Source: Eledone cirrhosa
Taxonomy: Eukaryota
NCBI GenBank assembly: GCA_964016885.1
Contig: OZ024758.1
Coordinates: 13,516,001 to 13,580,000 of the forward strand
Reading direction: 5' to 3'
Length of the DNA stretch: 64,000 bases
A program made the position numbers and the translations under genes. Of the stretch, positions 26,180 to 39,232 are shown piece after piece; within the stretch, counting starts at the first letter, position 1; every line of letters starts with the position of its first letter. The notes beneath the pieces are model-generated. The model was not told the DNA's origin. It saw only the letters and a program-made list of their open reading frames with translations, and made no database searches.

Positions 26180-26384
26180 ATAATTGTTTCTACTTTTGGC
26201 ACAAGGCCAGCAATTACCCAGTACATTACTGGTACTTTATTTTATCGACCCCGTAAGGATGAAAGGCAAAGTCAACCTCGGCGGGATTTGAACTCAGACC
26301 GTAAAGGGACGTAACTATGCTAGAAAGCCTGGCGTCCGACCCTCTACAGATACTACCAATTCACCGCCCTTATAAATATATAGT

Positions 26385-26652
26385 AATAATAATAAATGTG
26401 AAGACTAAAATCGAAAGAGGGCTCGATAAGGATAAATATATATCAAATATATAAGAACCGTAGAGCAAATATTTATTAAAATAACAGATTAAAGTTTAAG
26501 CAAAGAATCGCTGCTTTCACCCTTAACGGGATCTTCTGAAACTAAAAAAATCAATCTGTGAACGCAATTGATTTTTTTAGTTTCAGAAGATCTGTTAAGG
26601 GTGAAAGCAGCGATTCTTTGCTTAAACTATAATCTGTTATTTTAATAAATAT
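26385..26652. mobile_element. PLE-like remnant with ~87-bp inverted arms (26469-26555 / 26567-26652); another copy at ~25795-25890
   Basis: Inverted arms with a degenerate CAGAAGA...GAAA hammerhead-like core and (TA)n flanks. Confidence 0.55.
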
Positions 26653-26659
26653 ATATACA

Positions 26660-27400
26660 GCTATGGTGCGACCACACTTGGAATTCGCATCATCAGTCTG
26701 GAACCCCTATCTTGCTCGGAACATTGACCTCCTGGAAACTGTTCAGAGACGTGCAACCAAGCGCATACCCTCCATCAGACACCTACCATACTCTGAACGC
26801 CTTGCTTCCCTGGGCATGGATTCATTGAAGCTCCGACGTCTGGCAATGGACTTGGTGAATACCCACAAAGTTTTTAACCATCTCGCCAACTGCAACCCTG
26901 AGCGCCTCTTTGATCTCCATGTGTCTAACACACGTGGACATGCCTACAAGATAAGAAAACAGCACAGCTCCCATGACTTTCGCAGACATTTTTTCACGCT
27001 CAGAGTTGCTGAAGCATGGAACAAACTGCCTGCGTCAATTGTTAGCTGCCGAGACACTGCATCCTTTAAGACACTCATGCTTCCCAAAATACGCCAAAAC
27101 TACACCTGATGTACCCCTTCCATACACATGCACACCTGTGTGTATCATGACTCGTGCACTGTTCATTTTACTGATGTTTGTGCATTGCCCTATGTACTGT
27201 ACATGCACTTTTTTGATGAGTTGTGGTGCACCTGGGCACTGTGCACAATATTTCGTTATTGTTATTATATCATGACTCATACACTGTTTATTTTCCTGAC
27301 ATTTGTACATTATTCTATGTACTATACATGCACCTTTGATGAGTTGTAGTGCACCTGAGCACTGTACACAATAATTTCATTATTATTATTATTATTATTA
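26660..27400 (+). mobile_element. CR1-clade LINE 3' fragment (RT C-terminus, duplicated 3' UTR, (ATT)n tail)
   Basis: VRPHLEFASSVWNPY...LETVQRRATK...NTRGH.YKI....FFTLRVAEAWNKLP. Further copies at 14270-14540 (+), 30121-30530 (+), 55580-56110 (+), 59311-59725 (-). Confidence 0.9.
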
Positions 27401-27889
27401 TATATACATATATGCCAACTATGGATTAAATAGCTTCACCAAACTGCAATTGGTCAATGAGTGAGTTTCTGTTGCTGTGTGTGTGTGTGTGTGTGTGAAT
27501 GAGTGTGTCTGTGTATGTGAGAGTGTGTGTGTGTACGCGTGAGTGTGTGTGTGTGAAATTCTATGTGTTTTTGAGAAGTAACAGAAAACAACAGCCCCCC
27601 CCCCCACCTCTGACTGACTATAAGGTCTCCCTACATAATATAATATATAAACTGGGCTTTAATATAATCAAATGATGATGATGATGATGATGGATTAAGT
27701 TGTTGCCTATAACAAATCTTAGCTCCCAGGCTAGCTAGGTTGGAGAATGTCTATGTCTTTAATAGTTAATGGTTTCTTTAATAGTTAATGAGTCTTATTT
27801 ATAACCTACTGTACCTGCTCTATTTAGGGCAGGTGTGCTGATGTCATGTGGATGATAATGATGAGGATGATGATGATATTGGTAGAGGT

Positions 27890-28300
27890 AGCCTGCATTC
27901 ATTGACATTTTGCCTCCTGGCAGCGAGCAGCTGGCCTGTGCAAGTGCCCAGGAAAGTAACTGCATTTAATGATGTATTTTGTATCCTGGTAACAAACAGC
28001 TGGCCTGTGCAACCACTTGAGAAGGTAAACTGCCTGTAATGTTGTATTTTGCCTCCTGGTACTGACCAGCTGGTCTGTGCATGTGACCAGGAAGGTAACT
28101 GCATTCAATGACATATTTTGCCCCTTGTACTGACCAGCTGGTCTGTGCATGTGACCAGGAAGGTATCTGCATTCAATGACATATTTTGCCCCTTGGTACT
28201 GACCAGCTGGTCTGTGCATGTGACCAGGAAGGTAACTGCATTCAATGACATATTTTGCCCCTTGTACTGACCAGCTGGTCTGTGCAAGTGCCAAGCTGTA
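27890..28300. repeat. ~67-68-bp tandem repeat
   Basis: CTGCATTCAATGACATATTTTGCCCCTT(G)GTACTGACCAGCTGGTCTGTGCATGTGACCAGGAAGGTAA units. Confidence 0.9.
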
Positions 28301-28365
28301 TCTGCCATTACCTCTCCCTTGGGCAACATGATATATAGTGTGTATACAGTGTATATATACTGTAC

Positions 28366-28399
<34 letters not shown>

Positions 28400-28404
<5 letters not shown>

Positions 28405-28695
28405 TATATACAGTGTATTTGTTGCAATGTCACTGGTACCAGGATGTATACAGTATATATATATATATCATCATCATCATCATCATCATTTTACGTCCGC
28501 TTTTCCCTGCTTGCAAGGGTGGGACGGGTCTTATTCAGCACAGCATCTCTCCACTCGTCACGGTCCCTCGTCATCTCCACCGTGAGCTTCAATGATCTGA
28601 GGTCTGTTCTCACCACCTCCGCCCATGTTTTTCGTGGTCTACCTGTTTATATACAGTGTATTTGTTGCAATGTCACTGGTACCAGGATGTATACA

Positions 28696-28743
<48 letters not shown>

Positions 28744-28791
28744 TATATACAGTGTATTTGTTGCAATGTCACTGGTACCAGGATGTATACA

Positions 28792-28831
<40 letters not shown>

Positions 28832-28879
28832 TATATACAGTGTATTTGTTGCAATGTCACTGGTACCAGGATGTATACA

Positions 28880-28915
<36 letters not shown>
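28400..28915. repeat. ~52-bp unit repeated 4 times with variable (TA)n spacers
   Basis: TGTTTATATACAGTGTATTTGTTGCAATGTCACTGGTACCAGGATGTATACAG; an RTE fragment sits between units 1 and 2. Confidence 0.9.
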
Positions 28916-28919
<4 letters not shown>

Positions 28920-30540
28920 TACATCAATTGTACAATGTATATATAGTGTATATATAGAGTATGGAGTGTTTATAATGTATATATATGAGTTGTGATGTCA
29001 CTGGAGCCAAGCTGTATTAGCCATTGCCTTTCCCTTGGACAACATCATCTATAGTGTATATATAGTGTACATAGTGTATATATAATGTGTATATATGAGT
29101 TGTGACATCACTGGTGTGAAGCTGTATCAGTCATTGCCTTTCTCTTAGACGACATCGGTGGCATGAAGAGGGGAGACTGGTATGGATGGGTGACTGCTGG
29201 CCTTTCACAAACAATTTTGCCTGGACTTGTGCCTCGGAGGGGAACTTTCTATGTACAAATCCCATGGAGATTCGTGACCGAACGGGTGGCTTTACTTTTT
29301 TACTTCCAGATACTAAAACAATGCACTTGCAAATACATATCTCAAATGGATATATTTCCGAAATTAAAACATTCATGTTGTAAATTGTTTGCTATCAGAC
29401 TAAACAATTGATGTTTTGTTGTTAAACAATTATAACTCTTGACATTAGTCTCTAAAAATAAGTACCAATTGAATAACAAACTCATATCTTCAGAGTCCAT
29501 TACCTCCTTTACTATCAGGAAAAGGTTATAATCTGGTTTGTTGAGATTCTATATACATCAAGGAGGGCTGTTATTCCAGAGCAAATGATATACTCTCAAA
29601 ACAAATTGATTTAAGAAGCCTCTCTCAATTCTTCTCTTCACTTTCACCACTAATACTTCCGGAAAGACCGTTAAAAAGCACAATGGTATTTCTTTTGCTT
29701 ATAAATTTGTGACCTTAATAAAAAAAAACCAAAAAAAACCAAACATCTTTATATAAATACATATGAAATGACTTAATATCAAAGTAAATTATATTACTTT
29801 GATATAAATACATATGGGCGGAGGTGGTGAGAGCTGACCTCAGATCGCTGAAGCTCAGAGGGGAGATGATGAAGGGCCGTGACAAATGAAGAAATGCTGT
29901 GCTGAAGAGGACCCGTCCCACCCTTGCAAGCAGGGAAAAGCAGAAGTAAAATGATGATGATGATTATATATATATATATCGTCAGTCGATCGACTTTCAT
30001 CAAATCGGACCGAGGAAACAATGTTTCCATGGGTCTTTTCAATTGCTAATACTATCTATCGATCGCAACTCCAGGTAGAAGGAGCAGGGTGAAATAAAGT
30101 AAATATATATATATATATATTTTTTCACGCTCAGAGTTGCTGAAGCATGGAACAAACTGCCTGCATCAATTGTTAGCTGCCGAGACACTGCATCCTTTAA
30201 GACACTCATGCTTCCCGAAATACGCCAAAACTACACCTGATGTACCCCTTCCATACACATGCACACATGTGTGTATCATGACTCGTGCACTGTTCATTTT
30301 ACTGATGTTTGTGCATTGCCCTATGTACTGTACATGCACTTTTTTGATGGGTTGTGGTGCACCTGGGCACTGTACACAATATTTCATTATTGTTATTGTT
30401 ATTATATCATGACTCATACACTTCATTTTCCTGACATTTGTACATTATTCTATGTACTATACATGCACCTTTGATGAGTTGTAGTGCACCTGAGCACTGT
30501 ACACAATAATTTCATTATTATTATTATTAAAGTAAATAAA

Positions 30541-31195
<655 letters not shown>

Positions 31196-31954
31196 GGAAT
31201 GAATATATACATCCAATTGTTAATGTTATTTAGCTCAAAGTCAGCTCTAATTGAGCAGACTTACCTGTCTCCTTTTTTAAAAACAATCCTGATATAAACT
31301 AAGTAGTGCCAGATTTAGGACAAATGAGGCCCTGTGCTAGTTAAGTTATGAGGCATATTCCTGCCAAAATAATTTGGCAGGAATATCCCCCCACCCGGCG
31401 GCCAATGGACCCTGCGCTTAAGCACACCTAAGCACAATAGTAAATGTGGCATTGTTTATCTAAGACTACAATACTTAATAAGTTCAACCCTAGACAAAAA
31501 CTTTATTGACACGTGAAAGATGAAAGGCAAAGTTGACTTCGATGAAGTTTGGACTCCAAATAGAAAAAAAAGCCTGAAAAAAGAAAAATATTTCAAAGCC
31601 TCTCATCTGAGGGGAAAGAGGGGGGGGGGGCACGAATCTGTTCCCGCCCTCACACTCCTTGGAGTTTTCTTTAACCTAAACCTTAAACTCAACCCTAACC
31701 TGACCCCAATCCCAACCTCAGGAGCTTTGCATGAGAGAGAGAGAGAGAGAGAGAAAGGCAGACAGAGAAAGAAAAAAGATAAATAGAGAGAGCAAGATTG
31801 ATAGATAGATAAGTTTCTATTTATTTGCCACGAGGGCACAAAAGAAAGGGACAAATACAAGGGGGGAGGGGGCGTTCACATAAAGGAACGAGTAAAAAAC
31901 AAATAACAAATATAAAATTAACAATACAGTCCTCAATAGGGAGGAGGCGTTTTG

Positions 31955-32278
31955 ATAGATAGATAGAGACAGTAAGAGAAATAGAGAGATAGATTGAGAG
32001 AGAGTAAGAGAACTAGAGAGATAGATTGAGAGAGAGAGTAAGAGAAATAGACAGATAGAGAGAGTAAGAGAAATAGAGAGATAGATAGAGAGAAAGTAAG
32101 AGAATTAGAGAGAGAGAGTAAGAGAAGTATAGAGATAGATAGAGAGAGAGTAAGATAACTAGAGAGAGTAAGAGAACTAGATAGATAGATAGAGAGAGAG
32201 TAAGAGCACTCTAGAGAGACAGATAGAGAAAGAGTAAGAAAATTAGAGAGATAAAGAGATAGTAACAAAATTATAGAA

Positions 32279-32311
<33 letters not shown>

Positions 32312-32560
32312 TCGTAAGAGAAGTATAGAGGTAGATAGAGAGCGTAAGAGAAGTATAGAGGTAGATAGAGAGCGTAAGAGAAGTATAGAGGTAGATAGAG
32401 AGAGAGAGAGAGTAAGAGAAGTATAGAAGTAGATAGAGAGAGAGAGAGAAAGAGTAAGAGTAAGAGAAGTATAGAGGTAGATAGAGTAAGAGAAGTATAG
32501 AGGTAGATAGAGTAAGAGAAGTATAGAGATAGATAGAGTAAGAACACTTTAGAGAGAAGT
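31955..32560. repeat. AG-rich degenerate satellite directly upstream of the PSAP promoter
   Basis: AGAGTAAGAGAAGTATAGAG(G)TAGATAG-type units. Confidence 0.9.
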
Positions 32561-32568
32561 TGTAGGTG

Positions 32569-32611
32569 TGACGTCATTACCAGGTGATCTATCACTTCCT
32601 AGTCACATGAC
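32569..32611 (+). promoter_or_regulatory. Proximal promoter motif cluster of the PSAP-like gene: CRE, E-box, ETS-like site, CLEAR/M-box
   Basis: TGACGTCA (32569-32576), CAGGTG (32581-32586), CACTTCCT (32593-32600) and GTCACATGAC (32602-32611), 127-170 bp upstream of the ATG. Confidence 0.65.
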
Positions 32612-32737
32612 AGTGTCTGTTAAATTATTTCGCTCTATTACAATATACCATACAGTTGCTGCTGAAACCATTTCTACACGAAGATTTAGTTCTGGTAACA
32701 TACTTTGCTATTAGCCGCAGTTTCTGAAATCAGAAAT

Positions 32738-32783
32738 ATGGCGATTAAACCATTGCTACTTATATTGTTGCTAGGAACACTTG
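32738..32783 (+). CDS. PSAP: Prosaposin-like gene, coding exon 1 (signal peptide MAIKPLLLILLLGTL-G)
   Basis: ATG is followed by a basic residue and a Leu-rich hydrophobic core, ending at a strong G|GTAAGT donor. Phase 1 matches the acceptor at 52739 (G+GA=Gly), giving MAIKPLLLILLLGTLGCVFS-STT. The link across the 20 kb intron is inferred from phase, signal-peptide continuity and upstream promoter motifs. Confidence 0.85.
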
Positions 32784-32839
32784 GTAAGTTGATTTTATTT
32801 ATTAGACTAGCTTTTTTTTTAATTAATTAATTAAACAAA

Positions 32840-32877
<38 letters not shown>

Positions 32878-32930
32878 GGTAAGGTTCGTATCTATAGTAA
32901 TTTTAAGGTTAAGATTATATATATATATAT

Positions 32931-33107
32931 ATAGGAACGAGTAGGACCCCGACGGCTGAGCTAGAATAGTCCAGAATTAGCCGTCGAAACGGCTTGAGCT
33001 CAGCCGTCGGGGTCCTACTCGTTCCTATTACCCACTCTACTACCCTAAGTATTGAGTACTTTGGTGCGTTATGGTCCATCTGGTTCCTTACCACATTTCC
33101 TTCGTTA
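32931..33107. mobile_element. PLE-like remnant with short inverted arms (sister copies 33390-33533 and ~41660-41710)
   Basis: ATAGGAACGAGTAGGACCCCGACGGCTGAGCT and its reverse complement; 3' half of a hammerhead (GAAA-CGGCU..AGCC-GUC); embedded in (TA)n. Confidence 0.5.
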
Positions 33108-33129
33108 TATATATATATATATATACACA

Positions 33130-33211
33130 TACAGGGTGCCTCCCAAAATGTATACACACTTCAACAGTATTCTAATCAAAGTATCTATACATTTTTGGGG
33201 GACACGCCTGT
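33130..33211. mobile_element. Short Tc1/mariner-type hairpin MITE; relatives at 1722-1822 and 36698-36801
   Basis: TA-CAGGGTG..CCCAAAATGTATACA ... TATACATTTTTGGGGGACAC.CCTG inverted ends. Confidence 0.6.
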
Positions 33212-33240
33212 GTGTACACACACCCACATACATACATATG

Positions 33241-33283
<43 letters not shown>

Positions 33284-33294
33284 ATACAGAAACG

Positions 33295-33332
<38 letters not shown>

Positions 33333-33636
33333 ATAATAATTACGAAGATCACAATCCGAAGAGAGCTCGAGAAGGATTGTGTATATATATAGGAACGAGT
33401 AGGACCCCGACGGCTGAGCTCAAGCCGTTTCGACGGCTAATTCTGGACTAAAATTACCCAACCTACTACTCTAAGTATTGAGTACTTTGGTGCGTTATGG
33501 TCCACCTGGTTCCTTACCACATTTCCTTCGTTATATATATATAATTCTTTGATTATCATTTACATTGTATTATTTCGGCTCTGTATTATACTTATTTTAC
33601 ATCGAGCTTTTTTCATACTTGTAATTGGATAATATT

Positions 33637-33692
<56 letters not shown>

Positions 33693-34609
33693 ATTATTAT
33701 TATTATTATTTCCGAAGAAAAAGTAAAGGAAAAAAGAGTGCTCTATGTATAGAACATAGCTATTTAATTAAAAAGTGAACACAATATAGAACTACTCCAT
33801 TAACAAAGGTTTCAGGACTCTATTATATTAATATATGTCTAGATCGTTCATTGTAATGTAGTAGTGATATATTGTGTTGTTTACTTATATATTATTACAT
33901 TTATATGTCAGATAGAAGTATATATATATATATAATTAATTAATCATCGCTCGGAATCTTATAAATGAAACACAAAGATATACAATCAACGAGAAAAACA
34001 ACACTCCCCACAAACCGATCAATTATTTGTTGTTGTACAGACCTATTTACATTCGGTATTGTTTACCTTGTAATACATTTTCCAATGCTCTCTCTCTCTG
34101 TTCTATTTTTGTTTTAAATACCACAAGGTATCTCAGTCCAGTTCGATTGCTCGTTTATTTTGATTTGTCGAATTATATTTATTTCACGATTGTATAAATA
34201 ACATTGCAAAGTATTTATAATTCTTATAGAATGATAATAGATCCAAGTAATATATATAATACTTAACAAATATATAAGATAAGATTAAATAGAAATATAT
34301 ATACATATAATGGATGTATTATTGCGAAGTACCTTATAATTATAACAAAGGTTATGGGAGAACGAAATGTGTTTCAGTATTTGTTTAACAGCCAAAGCAT
34401 ATAAATAAATTTACAGTAGAATAGCATAACATGTTTTAAATATATACATAAATAACATTACAAATGCTTAGATAACATTATAAATTGCTCGCAATTCTTT
34501 CAGAAAGATATATTCCTTTAATGTTACAATATTAAAGAAAATGTAAAGGAAGGGGTGAACAACGGGGCCACCACCAGAGCAAAAGACAGCACCGAGGGGT
34601 ACTGAGTAG

Positions 34610-34790
34610 CCTCTCTAATGATTTTTGAGGCAAGCCAGCACACTCGCAGTGTTACCTCGGGTAATGCGCTGGAACAGCCAAGCGCCCTTGCGAGGTTCGC
34701 CAGTAAGGTTCAAAGCACTTGCTTGAAGAGGTGGTTTCTTTTTCTGAAGACCTTCTGCTGCCCACCTCTCCTGAGAGTTTTTTTTTACCA
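34610..34790 (-). mobile_element. CRE-clade-like retrotransposon C-terminal fragment
   Basis: Minus strand LTGEPRKGAWLFQRITRGNTASVLACL*, resembling the TGxxRExxxLFQRxSxAxxRGNAASV terminus of CRE-type ORFs. Confidence 0.6.
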
Positions 34791-34838
34791 GATATAAACG
34801 AACTTGTTTTGTATATAGTGGACAATATGACGCATTTG

Positions 34839-34876
<38 letters not shown>

Positions 34877-35040
34877 TAGGTGTAGTTTTTGCTTAACGAA
34901 TAATTCCCCGGGGCTTATTTGTGATTTGACACCGCAATAAAGCAGGATGTGATTTGGCTACTGTTTCTGGCTGGCCAAGCGACAACAACAACACACGCGC
35001 ACGCACGTACGTACGTATGTGTGTGTATATATATATATAC

Positions 35041-35072
<32 letters not shown>

Positions 35073-35528
35073 GTGGTTACACAACAGTTAGTTCATCATA
35101 CCGAGAACAATTGTTTCACCTTAGCGGATCCTGAGCCCGTCGTAATGGACCCTCGTAATATTACCTTCCAGTGTTCTACCACTATATATTTATATATATA
35201 TACATACACTCTTTTCACATACACATTATATATAACGTATATAAAGAGTGAGGAGAACTGTTTGTCTAAAACAGAGTAGATATTTAAATATTGGTTGTTG
35301 TTGTTTACTACACTACGTCTCATTAATTTGGTGTCAGATCTTTCCAAGGTCGACAACATCACCCTCTCTCTCTCTGCATACCTATATATATATATATATA
35401 TATATACGAACTATATATATATATATAATGCGATGAAATACCAATGATGGTTGGCAAATCACTGACGAGGGACTAATTTTATAATATGTAACCCATGTGT
35501 AACCATGCAGTTTTCCTCTTTCTTCCCG

Positions 35529-35566
<38 letters not shown>

Positions 35567-36795
35567 CGTATATATATATATATTAGACTTTAGGAGTGTC
35601 TTGCTGCCAATAGATACAATAACGAAATATATATAATATATAATTTAATAAGAAAAATTAATCGAATTTATATATTTATAAGTTTATCCCGCGTTCAATC
35701 GGGGGTAACCACAGTAAGTAAGGTACTCAATACATAGCAGAGTATACATATTTAATATGATTTCTACCGAATGAAACAGTTTTAGTCCTGTAGAAGCCTT
35801 TCTATATATATATATATATATAGTAATAATAATAAATTTGAAGACTAAAAACTAATTGTAACATTTCTGGATTATATTTTATAAATAATTTACTAACATT
35901 TTTTCTGTTTTAACCAGAAATATAAAAATATTCTTCTATTCTGGAGACAATTCAATACGAATTGGCCGCTTTTTTCTTCGTGTTTTGTTGACAAAAAACT
36001 AAAATATTCCGAAGTTAAAGTTAGTGTTTGAATGGAATTATATAATTATGGTAAATATAATTTGAAGGTACCATATAACAAATATATAAGATTAATTAGA
36101 AGTATATACATACATATATATATAATTAATTAATTATTGCTAGGAACCTTATATATATAATTCTCTAAAATGGTCCAAAGTTAAAATAGAATTGTTTAGC
36201 TTCAGGTTTGATTATTATTTCAAACAATGGCGTTTCTGTTTTGACCATTCCGTTTTGGAAATTAAAAAAATCTAGACATCGTATATTTAGGGTTTGATTG
36301 TATAACAAATCCTTTATTTTATAAGACAATTGGGGCCCCAATTTGAGGAAGATTTGACTGCTATTTTTAGCAGATAATAGTGACAATATAGAAGTTCCTT
36401 TATTTCCATTTTATTTGTTTGTTACGAACGAAGATAACCTCATTTAAATTAGTTTATATCTCGACTAGTTTGATGACTTTATCTTTCTCTTTGTAACACA
36501 TTGATGACTTTATCTTTCTCTTTGTAACACAGAGATATCGGTAAAAGTACAGTACTATTAAAGTTGGTTTTAAGCTTATCTTATCTTGTTGACCTGCTAA
36601 GTATTAGTTTTGTGTAGGATAAAAGTCCAAAAAGAGAAGCACACCATATTCATATACACCTTGCAATATTTCATCTCGTCTTTGCTAATTTCACACGCAC
36701 AGGATGTACTCCCCAAAATGTATACACACTTTGATTACCTGTACAGGCAATATTTATTAGAATGGTGTTGAAGTATGTATACATTTTTGGAGGAC

Positions 36796-36848
<53 letters not shown>

Positions 36849-37059
36849 GGCCGTGCCCCAGCATGGCCGTGCCCCAGCATGGCCTCAGCCAGATGGCTGG
36901 AACGGGTAAAAAGAGTATACACACACACGTCGTTTATATTCAAACGTAGTTGTAACCAGCAATATATAAACAAAGTACATTTCGTCATTTTCATTTAATC
37001 CGAATATGTTTCAACATGTTTACAACATTGAAATCGATCGTAAACGGAATTTTTTCTTT

Positions 37060-37100
<41 letters not shown>

Positions 37101-37103
<3 letters not shown>

Positions 37104-37670
37104 ATATTAATAAAATAGATGTTCTTTTGATCAATTACATTTTATTATACATATTTCAGAGGTACAACAGTACGTCCTCATCAGACAAAATATAATTGTT
37201 TCTACTATTGGCACAAGGCCAGTAATAACCCAGTACATTACTGGTACTTTATTTTATCGACCCCGCCAGGATGAAAGGCAAAGTTAACCTCGGCAGGATT
37301 TGAACTCAGAATGGCAAGGGCCGTAACTCTATGCGTCAAAGCAAGGCGTCCGACCCTCTACCGATACTGCCAGATACATGACATACCCTGAGATGTTAAA
37401 TGGTTAAGATTTAATCAAGGTAGTTTGATTAAATCTTAACCATTTAACATCTCAGGGTATGTCATGTATCATTATATTTTGTCTGATGAGGACGTACTGT
37501 TGTACCTCTGAAATATGTATAATAAAATGTAATTGATAAAAAGAACATCTATTTTATTAATATTTGTATTTTAATATTAATAACTCTGGAAAATATTTTT
37601 TTGTAGAGTGCTTCCAATCTACTGTAAAACTCATTCTTTGATGTACTCATTGAATCTTGTTTAACTCTTT
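37101..37670. mobile_element. Penelope-like inverted repeat (37101-37418 / 37425-37566) with a SINE inserted in the left arm
   Basis: Arms are complementary once the SINE at ~37193-37372 is removed; same family as 382-820. Confidence 0.7.
37477..37527 (+). ncRNA. Type I hammerhead ribozyme motif in PSAP intron 1, sense strand (mirror 37140-37190 on -)
   Basis: UUUUGU-CUGAUGA-GGAC-GUAC(UGUU)GUAC-CUCU-GAAA-UAUGUA-UA-AUAAAA. Confidence 0.65.
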
Positions 37671-38895
37671 AATATATATATATATATATTGAGTATATGT
37701 TGGTTGTATACCAACACCTGAGTATGCAGATTGGAGCACTCGACGAAGTTGGTTTGGTTACTCCAGAGTAATGTAAAATAAAATAAGTCAAATGTTTAAA
37801 ATTTAGCTTCGTTTATTACTGCTATATATATTTCGGTGACAGCCATGTTGTTGAGGTGTATAACTTTGTCAATACTCTTTGCTAATATAATGATAGCAAA
37901 CACTACAGAGAGCCTCACCCCAGAAAGAATTTCTATAGACTTTGGACTGAGGAATGCTCTCAAAACTGACCAATGGGAAGTTTGACATTTTTTTATTTTG
38001 TTCCTTTACCATCTTATTCTTTCTACCGCTTTATCAATTTTTTTTTTGAGCTAACTCCAACACTACCAACACAAGAATAGAGGTCAGATGTACCTAACAA
38101 TAACAAGAACAACAACTACAGATTGCCTTGCCTCAGAACGAATTTCTATAGACTTTTGAATGAGGAATGTTCTAACAACTGACCAATGAGAGGAGAAGAG
38201 GCCCCTTGACACTGAAATTCGTTTGTTTGAATTCATATGATTCCAGTTCCTCAGTGAAATAACAACCCAACCAGGAACTGGGCATATCAGAGTATTGACA
38301 AAGTTATACACTGAAAAGAAGAAAAAGAAAAAAAAATGAAGGAATTAACGAGAGGGCGGGACAGACACTACCCCACCCGCCAGTCTGGGAGGTGTTTCAG
38401 GTGCGACTTGCAGGCAAAATGGCAAAGGCATTACCACGTTTCTTTTCTTATTTTTTTTTGACTCACCGATGATAGCTTATCTAACTTTGGAAAGTGCCCC
38501 TTGTCCAAGTGGAGCCCATGCTAGCCAATCCATCGGAGCCTCTGTGTACTGTGGTCGCTTGGTTGCACTAAATACTGTGCAGCAAGCAATGATAGCTTAT
38601 CTAAATTTAATGGAAAGTGCTCCTAGTCTAAGTGGCGCCTATGGCACCCTCCATACTTGTCATACTCTAGGAGCTTCTATGCAGTGTGTGTGGTCATTGG
38701 GTTGCACTCAATATCGTGTGGACCACGGGTTCCCGAGATATGGGGTTTTTCCGGGCATCTTCATAAACAAAGAGAGAGGGAGAGATAGTGGTTGTGACAG
38801 AGTAGATGATAGAGGGAGGAGAAGGAGAATGGAAGAGAGCCGGTGGTGTTGTGTGTATATATAATGTCTGACCAGTGTATATAGATCACAGACAC

Positions 38896-38930
<35 letters not shown>

Positions 38931-38961
38931 TTTATATATCTACATACACACACGTATATAT

Positions 38962-39232
38962 ATCATCATACGTCCGCTTTTCCCTGCTTGCAAGGGTTGG
39001 ACGGGTCCTATTCAGCACAGCATCTCTCCACTTGATACGGTCCTTCGTCATCTCCACCGTGAGTTTCAGTGATCTGAGGTCAGCTCTCACCACCTCCGCC
39101 CATGTTTTTCGTGGTCTACCTCTACTGCGTCTTCCTTCTACTGGCATTTCTTGGCACTTCTTTACCCAGCGGTCATCCTCCATGCGCATCACATGTCCAT
39201 ACCATCTCAGCCTTCTCTCCTGCACACCACAA
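38962..39232 (-). mobile_element. RTE/RTE-X LINE 3' fragment
   Basis: QERRLRWYGHVMRMEDDRWVKKCQEMPVEGRRSRGRPRKTW...; same family as 65-335. Confidence 0.9.

Noticed and set aside
28400-28915. Repeat-spacer pattern superficially like a CRISPR array (also 54412-54730)
   Set aside because: Spacers are (TA)n or absent, the context is eukaryotic, and there are no cas genes.
36165-36386. 73-aa non-repetitive minus-strand ORF, possible nested gene
   Set aside because: Non-ATG start, no recognisable motif and no partner exons; a BLASTx search would settle it.
38419-38470. ATGGCAAAGGCATTACC... as an alternative PSAP first exon
   Set aside because: No suitable phase-1 GT donor, and a weaker signal peptide than 32738-32783.
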